Shown: positions 18,500 through 28,170 of the stretch, in pieces | How the letters are laid out: each line of letters begins with the position of its first letter | Numbering within the stretch: position 1 is the first letter of the stretch | Assembly: GCA_027592785.1 (NCBI GenBank) | Contig: JAQCLD010000008.1 | Location: 3,955 to 67,954, forward strand | DNA length: 64,000 nt | Origin: Acidobacteriota bacterium | GTDB lineage: Bacteria > Acidobacteriota > Terriglobia > Bryobacterales > UBA6623 | Direction: 5' to 3' | Position numbers and translations under genes: made by a program | Notes under the pieces: generated by a model | Databases searched by the model: none | Seen by the model: only the letters and a program-made list of their open reading frames with translations | What the model was told of the DNA's origin: nothing

Positions 18500-20356
18500 A
18501 TGAAAACTCTGACTAGTTTGCTCTTGTTCGCCGCGACGCTTGCGGCTCAGCCCGGCCTTAAGGTCGATACGCCGATGGCGCCGCCGGATTGGGCGCTGAT
18601 GGAGAGGGCCTTGCTCGATGCCAACTCCGAGGCAGTCGAGGAGTTTGCCGACAAATACATCGATGAGCGCGGATATCTGGCGCACACGCCGCGTTGGGGC
18701 ACGCTGGACGGTCCCGATGACGCCATCGAGACCTATTACAACTGGACGCTGCTGCACGCGTTGGGCGGATCCGACGGCGTGCTGGAGGCGTTCAAGAAGG
18801 GCTACGAAGGACACCTGCGGCAGTACGGCGAGTTGCGCACCAAGGATACCGAGTTGGCCGCGAACGGGGCCTATCACAAGGACTTCATCACCTCTTCTGA
18901 CTGGTTTCATACGGCTGAGGGTATGCGCGCGTTCTTTCTGTGGGGACTGTCGGAGCCGAACAATCCGGCGTTGGTGAACCGCATGAAGCGTTTCGCCGCC
19001 ATGTATATCGGCGAGGACCCGGAGGCCCCGAATTACGATCCCGAGAAGAAGATCATCAAGAGCTTCTGGAACGGTTCGATGGGGCCGATGATGCGTCAGG
19101 CGACGCTCTATGACTGGGTGGGCGACGCGATACCGGGTACCTTCCACCTGCTGCATAACCCCGCGAGGTCTTCTCAGATGTTGAATCTGATGGAGTGGTA
19201 TCCGCGTATGTTGGCGCACTGCACGGAGTATCTGGATACGCTCGGCGATACATTTTTGAATATGGCGTCAACCTTGCTGACCGTGAACGCTTACGCGCTT
19301 ACTGGGGACGAGAAGTATCGAGACTGGACGCTTGAATACATGGATGCCTGGAAGGAGCGCGCCGCGGCCGCGGGCGGCATGATCCCCTCGAACATCGGGC
19401 TCGACGGATCGCTCGGCGGCGAGCACAACGGCCAGTGGTGGAAGGGCACTTACGGCTGGAACTTCACAATTTTCGACGGCGAACTGGAGCAGATCGCGGA
19501 CCGCAACTATTGGCACGTGTCAATTTTTGCCGGTTTCGCGAACGCCTTGCTGTTTACCGGCGATCAGTCGTACATCGACGTGCTGCGGCGCCAGATGGAT
19601 CTGTTCTACGAGAACAAGAGGGTCGAGAACGGCAAGACGCTGTTGCCGCAGATGTACGGCGATCCGCGCGGCTACAAATACGATGGCGAGCCGGAGTGGT
19701 ACCGCTACACGGGCAATATGCATACGGATCGACTGACGGAGATCTATCTGTGGTCGATGAAGCGCAGCGACTTGGAGCGCATCCCGACCGACACAGGTTG
19801 GGTCGGCTTTTTAGAAGGCAATAACCCGAGCTATCCGGTGCAGGCGATGCAGCGGGACATGGAGTACATTCGCAGGCGAATGGAGAGAGTGCGCACCGAT
19901 CAGACTACCGCCGACACGCGGCTTGCGGACTACTTGCTCAACTTGGTTCCGGCGACCACCGATACTCTCACCGAGCTGACGACGGGCGGCTTTTTCGCGA
20001 ATGGAAGGGTGTGGGTGTTGCATAGCCGCTTGCGCTACTTTGACCCAGTGAATCAGCGCAGCGGGCTGCCCCAGGATGTGGCGGCGCTGGTCGAGAAACT
20101 GACGGATGACTCGGTTGTGGTGACTCTGGTGAATACAAATCAGGTTACGGCGCGAACAGTCGACGTGCAGGCGGGCGGCTATGGCGAGCATCAGTTCACA
20201 GGCGTCTCGTGGGACGGCGGCGAAAAGGAACTCGATTCGCAGACGCTCTCTGTGCGGCTCGAACCGGGCAGCGGCACCAAGCTGACCTTGAGCATGAAGC
20301 GCTATGTGAACCAGCCGAGTTTGGCGCAGCCCTGGAACCCGGCTTGGGTGAACTAA
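18500..20356 (+). CDS. Exported conserved hypothetical protein (helical, W/Y-rich)
   Basis: 618-aa ORF with signal peptide and typical codon usage; DGPDDAIE motif; function not recognised. Confidence 0.8.
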   Translation: MKTLTSLLLFAATLAAQPGLKVDTPMAPPDWALMERALLDANSEAVEEFADKYIDERGYLAHTPRWGTLDGPDDAIETYYNWTLLHALGGSDGVLEAFKKGYEGHLRQYGELRTKDTELAANGAYHKDFITSSDWFHTAEGMRAFFLWGLSEPNNPALVNRMKRFAAMYIGEDPEAPNYDPEKKIIKSFWNGSMGPMMRQATLYDWVGDAIPGTFHLLHNPARSSQMLNLMEWYPRMLAHCTEYLDTLGDTFLNMASTLLTVNAYALTGDEKYRDWTLEYMDAWKERAAAAGGMIPSNIGLDGSLGGEHNGQWWKGTYGWNFTIFDGELEQIADRNYWHVSIFAGFANALLFTGDQSYIDVLRRQMDLFYENKRVENGKTLLPQMYGDPRGYKYDGEPEWYRYTGNMHTDRLTEIYLWSMKRSDLERIPTDTGWVGFLEGNNPSYPVQAMQRDMEYIRRRMERVRTDQTTADTRLADYLLNLVPATTDTLTELTTGGFFANGRVWVLHSRLRYFDPVNQRSGLPQDVAALVEKLTDDSVVVTLVNTNQVTARTVDVQAGGYGEHQFTGVSWDGGEKELDSQTLSVRLEPGSGTKLTLSMKRYVNQPSLAQPWNPAWVN

Positions 20357-20440
20357 CCGTTGCGACTAGCGAAGGAGCATGGACTCGCGTCCATGGCTCG
20401 GGTTGAGCGAGGGCACGTCACGGGGCGTAAGGTTCGCTAG

Positions 20441-21232
20441 TTAGTTGCGTCGGCAGATGCCTCGAGAGGAACTGCGTACGAAGGCGAGCAAGTTTTCAAT
20501 GTGTTCGCCCCTGCATGCGGATTCGATCTGAGTGAGCGCCTCGTCGAGCGGGCCCGGCGAAAGGAATAACAGGCGGAAGGCCTTCTTGAGCGGCGCCAGT
20601 TCGCTTTGCGTGAATCCGGCGCGGCGCAGCCCAACTGCATTGACGCCTATCGGGGTGACGTCGAAGCCGCTGTAGAGGAAGTAGGGCGGCACGTCTTTGT
20701 TGACGCGCGTGTTTCCGCCGATCATGGCCAGATCGCCGATCTTCGAGAACTGGTGCACGACAACGCCGCCGGAGAGGAAAGCGCGATTGCCGATCTCGAC
20801 AAAGCCCGCGATCAGCGCGCAACTGGCGACGACGTTATCGTCGCCGATGACGCAGTTGTGAGCGATGTGGCCGGACGTCATGATGTAGTTGCGGTTGCCG
20901 ATGACGGTCGTTGACTCGGGCTGGGTGCCGCGGCTGATGGTGTAGTGTTCGCGAATGACGTTGTCGTCGCCGATCACGAGAAAGCTGCGCTCGCCGCTGA
21001 AGTTCTTGTCGAGCGGATCGGTTCCGAGTACGGTTCCCGCTGAGATCGAGTTGTTCTTGCCTAGCGTCGTCCAGCGCTTGATGTAGACGTGCGGCTCGAT
21101 ACGGCAGCCCTCGCCGATGACCACGTCGTCTTCGATGACGCAAAAGTCCGCGATCCGAACGCCGGGGCCGATGACGGCTCCGGGCGCGACGCGAGCGGTG
21201 GCGGCGACCTGTGCCGAGGGATCAATAGGCAT
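20441..21232 (-). CDS. lpxA: Acyl-ACP--UDP-N-acetylglucosamine O-acyltransferase
   Basis: Hexapeptide repeats; IREHYTISRGT, HIAHNC, VHQFSKIG, KDVPPY, NAVGLRRAGF. Confidence 0.9.
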   Translation of the reverse strand: MPIDPSAQVAATARVAPGAVIGPGVRIADFCVIEDDVVIGEGCRIEPHVYIKRWTTLGKNNSISAGTVLGTDPLDKNFSGERSFLVIGDDNVIREHYTISRGTQPESTTVIGNRNYIMTSGHIAHNCVIGDDNVVASCALIAGFVEIGNRAFLSGGVVVHQFSKIGDLAMIGGNTRVNKDVPPYFLYSGFDVTPIGVNAVGLRRAGFTQSELAPLKKAFRLLFLSPGPLDEALTQIESACRGEHIENLLAFVRSSSRGICRRN

Positions 21233-21240
21233 GCCGCGGG

Positions 21241-22719
21241 TTACTCGAAGACGTGATCCGCCGGTACGATCTCGATCGCTCCGAGGTCCAGCTTATAGTT
21301 CCTGATCAACAAGTCTTCGGCTCGCACGGCTTCAGCCGGGGGCGAAGCGTAGGCGGGCCTGGCATCGTTGGCTAGTATCCGCCGCCGGAATCCCTGGGCG
21401 TCCTGCGTAGTGACGATGACGTCCAGATCCGTCGCGCGCAAATGATCTTTGATCGCTTTGTTCACAGCCTCGCGGGTCAGCCCATCGAGCTGCCCTTTGA
21501 ACCACGAATTAAATTCGCCCGTGCCGTAGTACTGACTGTCTAGCGAGTAACCTAGTTGGTCGTCCTGAGTTTGTGTAAGCAGATTGACGTTCTTGGAGAG
21601 GAACAACTTGGTGGCTTGAAAGTCTTCTTCACTGATGCCTTCGCGAATCAGCTTATCGAGTTCGTACAGGGCAATCTTCAGTGCGAAGGGGCCGTTCTCG
21701 GGCTGAACCGGGCGAATCCAGATCTGGAAGATTTGCTGTCGCCGCGCCAGATTCGCGTCGGGTTGAAATTGGTACATGCCGCGCGGGAAGTACTCGATGT
21801 AGGCGTAGTTGCCGTAGTTCATGCCCCGGATTTCGCGGATCTGTTGGAAGAGCAAACTCTTCGACGAGCGGTGTTGGCCAAAGTACGATTGCATCAGCTT
21901 TAAGGCTGGCCAATCTGGATGGGAGCGCGTCACGTCGATAGGGAACCCAATCGAGAGCAATGTGGAGCGCGTGTCTTTCTGCAAGATGTGGACAGCGGTC
22001 TTCTTGGCTGCCGTCGGCGCAGGCAACTCGACCGGTCCTGGCGCGTCGGCGGCGAGCGTTTCGAAGTCAGCCTTGACGCGGGCGGGGAAGTCGGCAGGGT
22101 AGCCGCCGGAGATGGCGATGATGACGTTGTCGCTGCGGTAGTTCGAGCCGTAGAAGTCCTTCAAGTCGCCGATGGTCATGGCCTCAAGCGCGGAGACGTT
22201 GCCGCTGTTGTGGTGGCCGTAAGGGTGCTCGGGGCCGTAGATCGTCAGGTAGAGCGTCTCTTTGCCGAGTTCCTCTTCGTTGTTGCCGCGCAGGCCGATG
22301 CGCAGGAAGTTAATCGCATCGTCCTTGAGGCGCCGGAAATCGTCTTCGCGCCAGCCGGGTTCGAGCAGCATCTCTTTGAGCGTCGAGTAGTAGGCTTCGA
22401 GATTCTCGACGTGGGTCGTACCGGAAAAAACGGTCATCTCCTTGTCGACTTGCGAGCCCACTGAGGCGGCCATGGGGAACATCTGCTCGACGATCTGGTC
22501 GTAGGTGCGTTTGGCCGTGCCTCCTTGAGAGAGCATTGAGGCGGCGAGTGACGCGGCGCCTTCTTTGCCCTTGGGGTCAGCGGCGGCCCCGGTGCGGAAC
22601 AAGATGCGAAACGAGACGAGCGGCGACTCGCTGGGCTGCAGCAGCGTCTCGGCAGCCGGCGCTACGTGCGACAGCGAAAGAGCCAGTGCCGAAGTTAGAA
22701 GAAAGTTGCGGAAACTCAT
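21241..22719 (-). CDS. M16 (pitrilysin) family peptidase, non-catalytic subunit
   Basis: GAAADPKGKEG, IREIRGMNYG; lacks HxxEH. Confidence 0.88.
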   Translation of the reverse strand: MSFRNFLLTSALALSLSHVAPAAETLLQPSESPLVSFRILFRTGAAADPKGKEGAASLAASMLSQGGTAKRTYDQIVEQMFPMAASVGSQVDKEMTVFSGTTHVENLEAYYSTLKEMLLEPGWREDDFRRLKDDAINFLRIGLRGNNEEELGKETLYLTIYGPEHPYGHHNSGNVSALEAMTIGDLKDFYGSNYRSDNVIIAISGGYPADFPARVKADFETLAADAPGPVELPAPTAAKKTAVHILQKDTRSTLLSIGFPIDVTRSHPDWPALKLMQSYFGQHRSSKSLLFQQIREIRGMNYGNYAYIEYFPRGMYQFQPDANLARRQQIFQIWIRPVQPENGPFALKIALYELDKLIREGISEEDFQATKLFLSKNVNLLTQTQDDQLGYSLDSQYYGTGEFNSWFKGQLDGLTREAVNKAIKDHLRATDLDVIVTTQDAQGFRRRILANDARPAYASPPAEAVRAEDLLIRNYKLDLGAIEIVPADHVFE

Positions 22720-24074
22720 TGTTCCTCCGCCGGCATGCCGTCCATCACCGGGCCGAGCCGTACGATGGTCTGCGCTTCGGGTTTGAAGTATTTTTGCGCC
22801 ACTGTTTGGATGTCTTCGGGCGTCACCGCATCGTAGAGGCGATAGCGCTTGTTGACAGTCTCGGGCGTGCGCCGCAGGCCAAGGTAGTGAGCTAGCGTGC
22901 CGGCGATGGCCCCCGTCGAGTTCATCGACAAGGCGAATTGATAGCGCAGGTGCGACTTCACCGCCGCCAATTCTTCAGCCGGAATCGGCGTAGTCTTGAG
23001 CGACTCGATCTCAGCCAAGATCTGTGCCTCGACGTAATCGAGATCGTTAGGATCCTTGACGCGAGCGACGATGCCGAACGGGTAAGGATCGACGTGGTCG
23101 GGGTAGTCGGTGAAGAAGGCGTCGACCTTCTGCTCTTCGATGACTAGCTTCTTGTAGATCGGAGAATTCTCGCCAAAGGCTTGAAAGGAGATGACGTCGA
23201 GGACGGCGGAATCGATGATCTCGTCGTCGTAGGCCGGGCCGCGGTAGGCGATCTCCGTAAACGGCAGCGTGGGCGCGTGGAACTCTACGTTGGCGCGCCT
23301 GGGTCCCTCTTGCGCCGGCTCGGCGGGAATATCGGCTTGGTAAGAACCGTGCTCCCATCCGCCCCAGTATTTTTCGATGAGCGCCTTGGACTGAGCGAAA
23401 TCGACGTCGCCGATGATGCTGACCGTCGTGTACTCGGGGCGATAGTAGCGATCGAAAAATTGCAGTCCGTAATCATACATTTCGGGCATCGCTTCGACGT
23501 CGGCGATGTAGCCCATCGTCGTGTGCTTGTAAGTGTGCTCTGAGTAGATTGTGTCGCGAAGCGCTTCGTCGAGCTTGCGGAAGGGGTCGGCAAAACTCTT
23601 GTTGTATTCACTCAAGACAGCGCGCGTTTCGGTACGGAACTGCTCTTCGGAGTACTTAAGATTCTGAAAGCGGTCGGCCTCCAGCTCAAGGATTTGTTCC
23701 AAGTCTTCTTTGGCTAAAATCGCGTGATAAACGGTGCGGTCATCGGTCGTGTAGGCATTGGTTGCAGCCCCGGCGGCCTGCATGATCTCTTCCCATTTCT
23801 CGGAAGGGAATCGCTCGGTTCCGCGGAACATCATGTGCTCGAACAGATGCGCGAAGCCAGAGCGTCCCGGCTCGACTTCGTTTCGCGATCCCACTTGCAC
23901 GACGATATAAAGCGCAATCAAGTTGGGATAGCTGCTGTCCACGACCACGCCGCGCAAGCCGTTTGGGAAGTCGTAGACCTCGGATTGATAAGGGAAAATT
24001 TGCTGCTCGACGTTCGACATCTGACTGCAAGAAAGCAGCAGAACCGTCATCGCCAGGGCCAGAAACTTGGACAT
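22716..24074 (-). CDS. M16 family zinc peptidase, catalytic subunit (lipoprotein-like signal)
   Basis: GFAHLFEHMMFRGT, NAYTTDDRT, LELEADR; LLLSC lipobox. Confidence 0.93.
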   Translation of the reverse strand: MSKFLALAMTVLLLSCSQMSNVEQQIFPYQSEVYDFPNGLRGVVVDSSYPNLIALYIVVQVGSRNEVEPGRSGFAHLFEHMMFRGTERFPSEKWEEIMQAAGAATNAYTTDDRTVYHAILAKEDLEQILELEADRFQNLKYSEEQFRTETRAVLSEYNKSFADPFRKLDEALRDTIYSEHTYKHTTMGYIADVEAMPEMYDYGLQFFDRYYRPEYTTVSIIGDVDFAQSKALIEKYWGGWEHGSYQADIPAEPAQEGPRRANVEFHAPTLPFTEIAYRGPAYDDEIIDSAVLDVISFQAFGENSPIYKKLVIEEQKVDAFFTDYPDHVDPYPFGIVARVKDPNDLDYVEAQILAEIESLKTTPIPAEELAAVKSHLRYQFALSMNSTGAIAGTLAHYLGLRRTPETVNKRYRLYDAVTPEDIQTVAQKYFKPEAQTIVRLGPVMDGMPAEEQ

Positions 24075-24312
24075 GGAGAGGCGTCCTCCGATTCGCTCAT
24101 CTTAGCGAAAGTCACTCGTGCGAAAGACTTTCGCCGACCAGACCCAGCACAGGCGCCAGGCGCACGGCGGGCTTGCTGATACAATTGGGTTCGCTTTTGG
24201 CTTCCCGATGAGTGGTTCGACGCCCCCTAGTACAGACGTTTCCGTTAAGTCGTTCGCTGCCGCTGCGAACGCGCAAATGATTCCGGTAACCGGTTCGCTG
24301 AGCTATTGTTCC

Positions 24313-24963
24313 GTGACGCCGCTCGAGGACGTGGACCTGCAAAGGCTTATCCACGATCCGGCGTTGGCGACGCCTCCGGTTATCTCGTCGATTCTGCCCC
24401 GGCTGCATATTGTCCTCGCCCCTTATTTGGTGAAGCCTCACGGCAAGGCCGCCGGAGGCCCTGTGCTTGCCTTCAAGCCGCCGGTCGAATCCAGGAAAGT
24501 CTTCTCGGCGCACGTCCAGGAGGACGGTGAGGACTTCATCTTCCTGGCTGCGAAAGATGAGGATGTGGCGGATTATCACGACGCGCTCTATTACGAGTTA
24601 GCGACGCTGGTTGTCGACCGCGCGGAAGATTCCACTGGGCAGTTTTACGCGCTGCTTCGCGACGAACTGCGCAACGAGGTTCGCGGCGAAGTAGATGACA
24701 AAAGCTGGAAATTGAAGGATCAGCTGTTGAGCCGCCAGGCGGACCCGGCCAGGAACACCAAAGCCTTTCGAGCCTACGCCCGCGACGCGATGATCGACAC
24801 CTTGACGCTCTATTTGCATGGGTTGTGCTGCGATTTGGACGTGGAAGCCGGACCGCGGCAGTTGCCGAGCCGCTTCTTGCGGCGGCGGCTAGAGTTGTTG
24901 CAGGGCCTTTTCCCGCCGCCCTCTGGGATCGCCGTCTTTCCAGAAGATCTCCCGCGGGGCTAG
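24313..24963 (+). CDS. Hypothetical protein (start uncertain; ORF open from 24118)
   Basis: Protein-like C-terminal part, LYLHGLCCDLDVEAGPRQLPS. Confidence 0.65.
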   Translation: MTPLEDVDLQRLIHDPALATPPVISSILPRLHIVLAPYLVKPHGKAAGGPVLAFKPPVESRKVFSAHVQEDGEDFIFLAAKDEDVADYHDALYYELATLVVDRAEDSTGQFYALLRDELRNEVRGEVDDKSWKLKDQLLSRQADPARNTKAFRAYARDAMIDTLTLYLHGLCCDLDVEAGPRQLPSRFLRRRLELLQGLFPPPSGIAVFPEDLPRG

Positions 24964-26009
24964 ATAATCAACATGCAGTCGCCGTAAGAGAAGAACCGGT
25001 AGCGTTCTTTGACGGCGTGGCGGTAGGCGTCGAGCATCAGTTCGGTCCCGGCGAAAGCACAGACCAGCATCAAGAGGGTCGATTCCGGCAGGTGGAAGTT
25101 CGTTAACAGGGCCTGGACGACCTGGAACCGGTACCCAGGGTAGATGAAAATATCCGTCTCGCCTGAGCAGGCGCGGACGGCTCCGTCGTGGCGTTGCGCG
25201 GCAGTTTCTAACGTCCGAACCGCCGTCGTCCCGGCGGCGATTATCCGTCCGCCGGGGGGGCCAAGCGTTTCGGCTGCTGCGGCGGAGAGTTCGAAGCGCT
25301 CCGAGTGCATGCGGTGTTCGCTGAGCTGCTGCACACGCACTGGCTGGAACGTCCCGAGGCCAACATGGAGGGTGACTTCGACGACTTCGGCGCCGCGCTC
25401 GCGGCAGCTGGCGAGCACTTGTTCGGTGAAGTGCAGGCCGGCGGTTGGAGCAGCGGCGGCTCCGGGCGTTGAGGCGTAGACCGTCTGATAGCGTTGGCGG
25501 TCTGACGCTGTGTCTTCGCGGCGGATGTAGGGCGGCAGCGGCATGTGGCCGATGCGTTCTATCTTTTCGTAGAAGCCGGCGGCGTCGTTGAATTCCAAGG
25601 TGCGCAGGCCGTATTCGCCCTTGGCCGTTACACGAGCTTCGAGCCCTTCAGGGAAGACGATGAGCTGCCCGACGTCGAGTTTTTTGCTCGGACGCACGAG
25701 GGCTTCCCAGCGCGGGGGCGTGGCGGACAGCGGCTTCGAAAGCAATACTTCGACGACGCCCGTGGGCTGTTGCAGCGCTCCCGGCACGTCCGCGCGGCGG
25801 CCGAAGAGCCGGGCCGGAATGACGCGGGTGTTGTTGACGACGAGTCGATCGGCGGGAAGGACGTACGACGGAAAGTCCCGAAAAGCGCGGTCTTGCCAGA
25901 CTCCGGCCTGGCGGTCGACGACCAACATACGGGCGCCGTCGCGCTCGGTCGGCGGCGCTTGAGCAATCAACTCCTCGGGCAGTTCGAAGCTGAAATCGGC
26001 GACGTCCAC
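24960..26009 (-). CDS. queA: S-adenosylmethionine:tRNA ribosyltransferase-isomerase
   Basis: LPEELIAQ, NNTRVIPARL, PLPPYI, AAPTAGLHF, TLHVGLGTF, TNFHLPEST, YRFFSYGD. Confidence 0.97.
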   Translation of the reverse strand: MDVADFSFELPEELIAQAPPTERDGARMLVVDRQAGVWQDRAFRDFPSYVLPADRLVVNNTRVIPARLFGRRADVPGALQQPTGVVEVLLSKPLSATPPRWEALVRPSKKLDVGQLIVFPEGLEARVTAKGEYGLRTLEFNDAAGFYEKIERIGHMPLPPYIRREDTASDRQRYQTVYASTPGAAAAPTAGLHFTEQVLASCRERGAEVVEVTLHVGLGTFQPVRVQQLSEHRMHSERFELSAAAAETLGPPGGRIIAAGTTAVRTLETAAQRHDGAVRACSGETDIFIYPGYRFQVVQALLTNFHLPESTLLMLVCAFAGTELMLDAYRHAVKERYRFFSYGDCMLII

Positions 26010-26015
26010 CTGAAG

Positions 26016-27608
26016 CTAAATCATGCCCAGGCGCTGCAGCCGTTCGATATGCGCGGCAATCTGGCGCTCCGCCATCGGATACTCTTGGAGGCCGATATCG
26101 GTGTAAACGGCCGGCAATATCTCAACCGGATCGCGCAACCCCTGGCGCCAAGCTTCGAGCACTTGCTGTTCGCGTCGCAAGCGATGAGCGTAAAGCGCGT
26201 TCAAACGCTCGACGCCGTTGGCGATCATCGTGCCGTGGGCGGGCAACAGGACCTTCGGCTCCAGTGCGGCGAGCTTTTGCAACGACTCCATGTAGGCCGT
26301 CATGTCGCCTTCAGGCGGATCGATGATGATCGTCGAATGACCGGCGACCATATCGCCGGTGATGATGGACTTGGTCTCTTCGACGTAAAACGACAGGTGT
26401 CCGCGGGCGTGCCCTGGCGTGTGGATCACGCGGATGGTCACCGGGGGATCGCCGGCCAGCACGACGACCTGACCGTCGTGCAACGGTTGGTCGACCTCGA
26501 TGCCGCGCGCTTCTAAGTGCTGGGCCGTCAGCGGGTGTGCGCAGATCGGCGAGCCAACGGCCTGCTTCATCGCCAACGCTCCGCCAACGTGATCTGGGTG
26601 ATGGTGCGTCAGCCAAATGGCTTTGACCAAGCCGCCGTCCTGCAGCGCAATGGAACGCACGGCGCGCTTGAGCCGGTCCAGCTCGTCGGCCTTTCCCGAG
26701 CCGGGGTCGACGATGATCACTTCCCGGCGGCCAATTAAGTAGGCGCTGGTATGAGTCGCGGGCGGCAGCGTGGCTGTTCTTTGCGGGACCGCGCTAATCT
26801 CCCTGCGGAACTCGACGCGATGCGGCGAGGGGCCGTGCTCGTCGCCGGGCAGCAATCGGGCGAGGCCTTTGAGCGGGCCGTCTTCGTGCAGCACGCGAAG
26901 GATGTGCAGCACCGGTTGTGGCACAAGCGCTTCGGCGCGCCGCCAGCGCTGCAGGGCTTCCGCCGCGGTAATCCACTCGCCCTGGTCCAGTTCGCCGGTC
27001 CAGACTTCTGGTTGCACGGGTCGTTCTTGGGGGTACTCCAGCAGAAAAAAGCGCGCATCGAATCGAATCGTCGAAAAAGGCGGCGTCACCCAACGGCCCG
27101 CGTAGGTCAGCTCGGAGGCGTCGAGTTGGACGCCGAGGCCGCTGAGGGTCTTATCGAAGGTACTCTTGCGGTCTAGGAGTTGGCGGCGCGCTTCCCCCAG
27201 AGCTTCATTCGAAGGAGTTGTTGCGCCGCTGTGGATGAGCACGCCGGTTTCCTCGAAAAGCTCGCGGATCGTGCAACTGAGCAAGCCGTCGATGAGCGTC
27301 GGGCGCAACTCGATTCCGTCGGTGCCGGGAACGTCGACGTAGTTATAGGCCGCATCGATGCCGATCGGCGAACCTTCGACGGGCGTTGATAAGTCGATCG
27401 CGCTGATTCCACCGCCGGGGAAGGCGTGCCAGCCGCCCATAAATCGAAGGATGGAGGAACGCCGCACCCAGAAAACTTCGATCTGGTTTTTCGCGTTGCG
27501 GCGCCACATAGCGACCGCTGCTGAGGGTCGTACACGTGCCGCGGGGGGCGCGGCAAAGGTCTGCCCGCTACCGGAAAGGACCTGCTCGTAGATGCTTTGG
27601 CCACTCAC
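26016..27608 (-). CDS. NUDIX + metallo-beta-lactamase-fold + winged-helix fusion protein
   Basis: AFPGG..RELFEETGV (Nudix), WVTPP, THHHPDHVGG, HTPGHARGH, GD, PAHG; GTG start at 27608. Confidence 0.88.
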   Translation of the reverse strand: MSGQSIYEQVLSGSGQTFAAPPAARVRPSAAVAMWRRNAKNQIEVFWVRRSSILRFMGGWHAFPGGGISAIDLSTPVEGSPIGIDAAYNYVDVPGTDGIELRPTLIDGLLSCTIRELFEETGVLIHSGATTPSNEALGEARRQLLDRKSTFDKTLSGLGVQLDASELTYAGRWVTPPFSTIRFDARFFLLEYPQERPVQPEVWTGELDQGEWITAAEALQRWRRAEALVPQPVLHILRVLHEDGPLKGLARLLPGDEHGPSPHRVEFRREISAVPQRTATLPPATHTSAYLIGRREVIIVDPGSGKADELDRLKRAVRSIALQDGGLVKAIWLTHHHPDHVGGALAMKQAVGSPICAHPLTAQHLEARGIEVDQPLHDGQVVVLAGDPPVTIRVIHTPGHARGHLSFYVEETKSIITGDMVAGHSTIIIDPPEGDMTAYMESLQKLAALEPKVLLPAHGTMIANGVERLNALYAHRLRREQQVLEAWRQGLRDPVEILPAVYTDIGLQEYPMAERQIAAHIERLQRLGMI

Positions 27609-27612
27609 CTCT

Positions 27613-27861
27613 CTACTGTAGCCCAGTAGTCGGAGGCGTCGAATCGGGACCGTTGCGGCGGCGCCAGAGCGCCCTGCCGATGCCGGCGAGGATGAAGGCA
27701 GGAGGAGCGCCGAGCACCAAGATCGCCTGATTGAAGGCCTCAGCAGACTCCTGGCGCTGAGCGGCGGCGGCTTCCCGGCACATGGCGCACTGCGCCGCCA
27801 AGGATCCGGTCGAGACCAGCGCGGCAAAAGCCACAAACAGGACTGCCAGCGGCCGCTTCAT
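27613..27861 (-). CDS. Small exported/membrane protein with QCAMC motif, in the cox operon
   Basis: Signal peptide, AQCAMCR, C-terminal TM helix; ATGA overlap with the subunit IV gene. Confidence 0.75.
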   Translation of the reverse strand: MKRPLAVLFVAFAALVSTGSLAAQCAMCREAAAAQRQESAEAFNQAILVLGAPPAFILAGIGRALWRRRNGPDSTPPTTGLQ

Positions 27862-28157
27862 GGTCTGAGACTCAAGGCGCGCATGCTGTCAGGTAATAGA
27901 TAGGCAATCATCACAACGATACAAGCGATCAGCGGCGGTACGAGCATCCAAGTCAGCGCCGGCTTATCGAACTTCAGATGCATGAAATAGCCCATGATCA
28001 TCGCCGCCTTGGCCACGGAGAAGGCCATCAGCAGAGTCAGCATCAGCCCCGGCGCGAGCTGGATATAGGCCAGCAGCACCTCGATCAAGGTCAGCGCGAG
28101 AAGGCCCGCCCAGACTTTGAGCATCAAACGTTGCGATGAACTAGCGTTTGCGGCCAA
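27858..28157 (-). CDS. Cytochrome c oxidase subunit IV family
   Basis: LTLIEV, SVAKAAMIMGYFMHLKFD. Confidence 0.88.
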   Translation of the reverse strand: MAANASSSQRLMLKVWAGLLALTLIEVLLAYIQLAPGLMLTLLMAFSVAKAAMIMGYFMHLKFDKPALTWMLVPPLIACIVVMIAYLLPDSMRALSLRP

Positions 28158-28170
28158 GACTCATTCTCCC

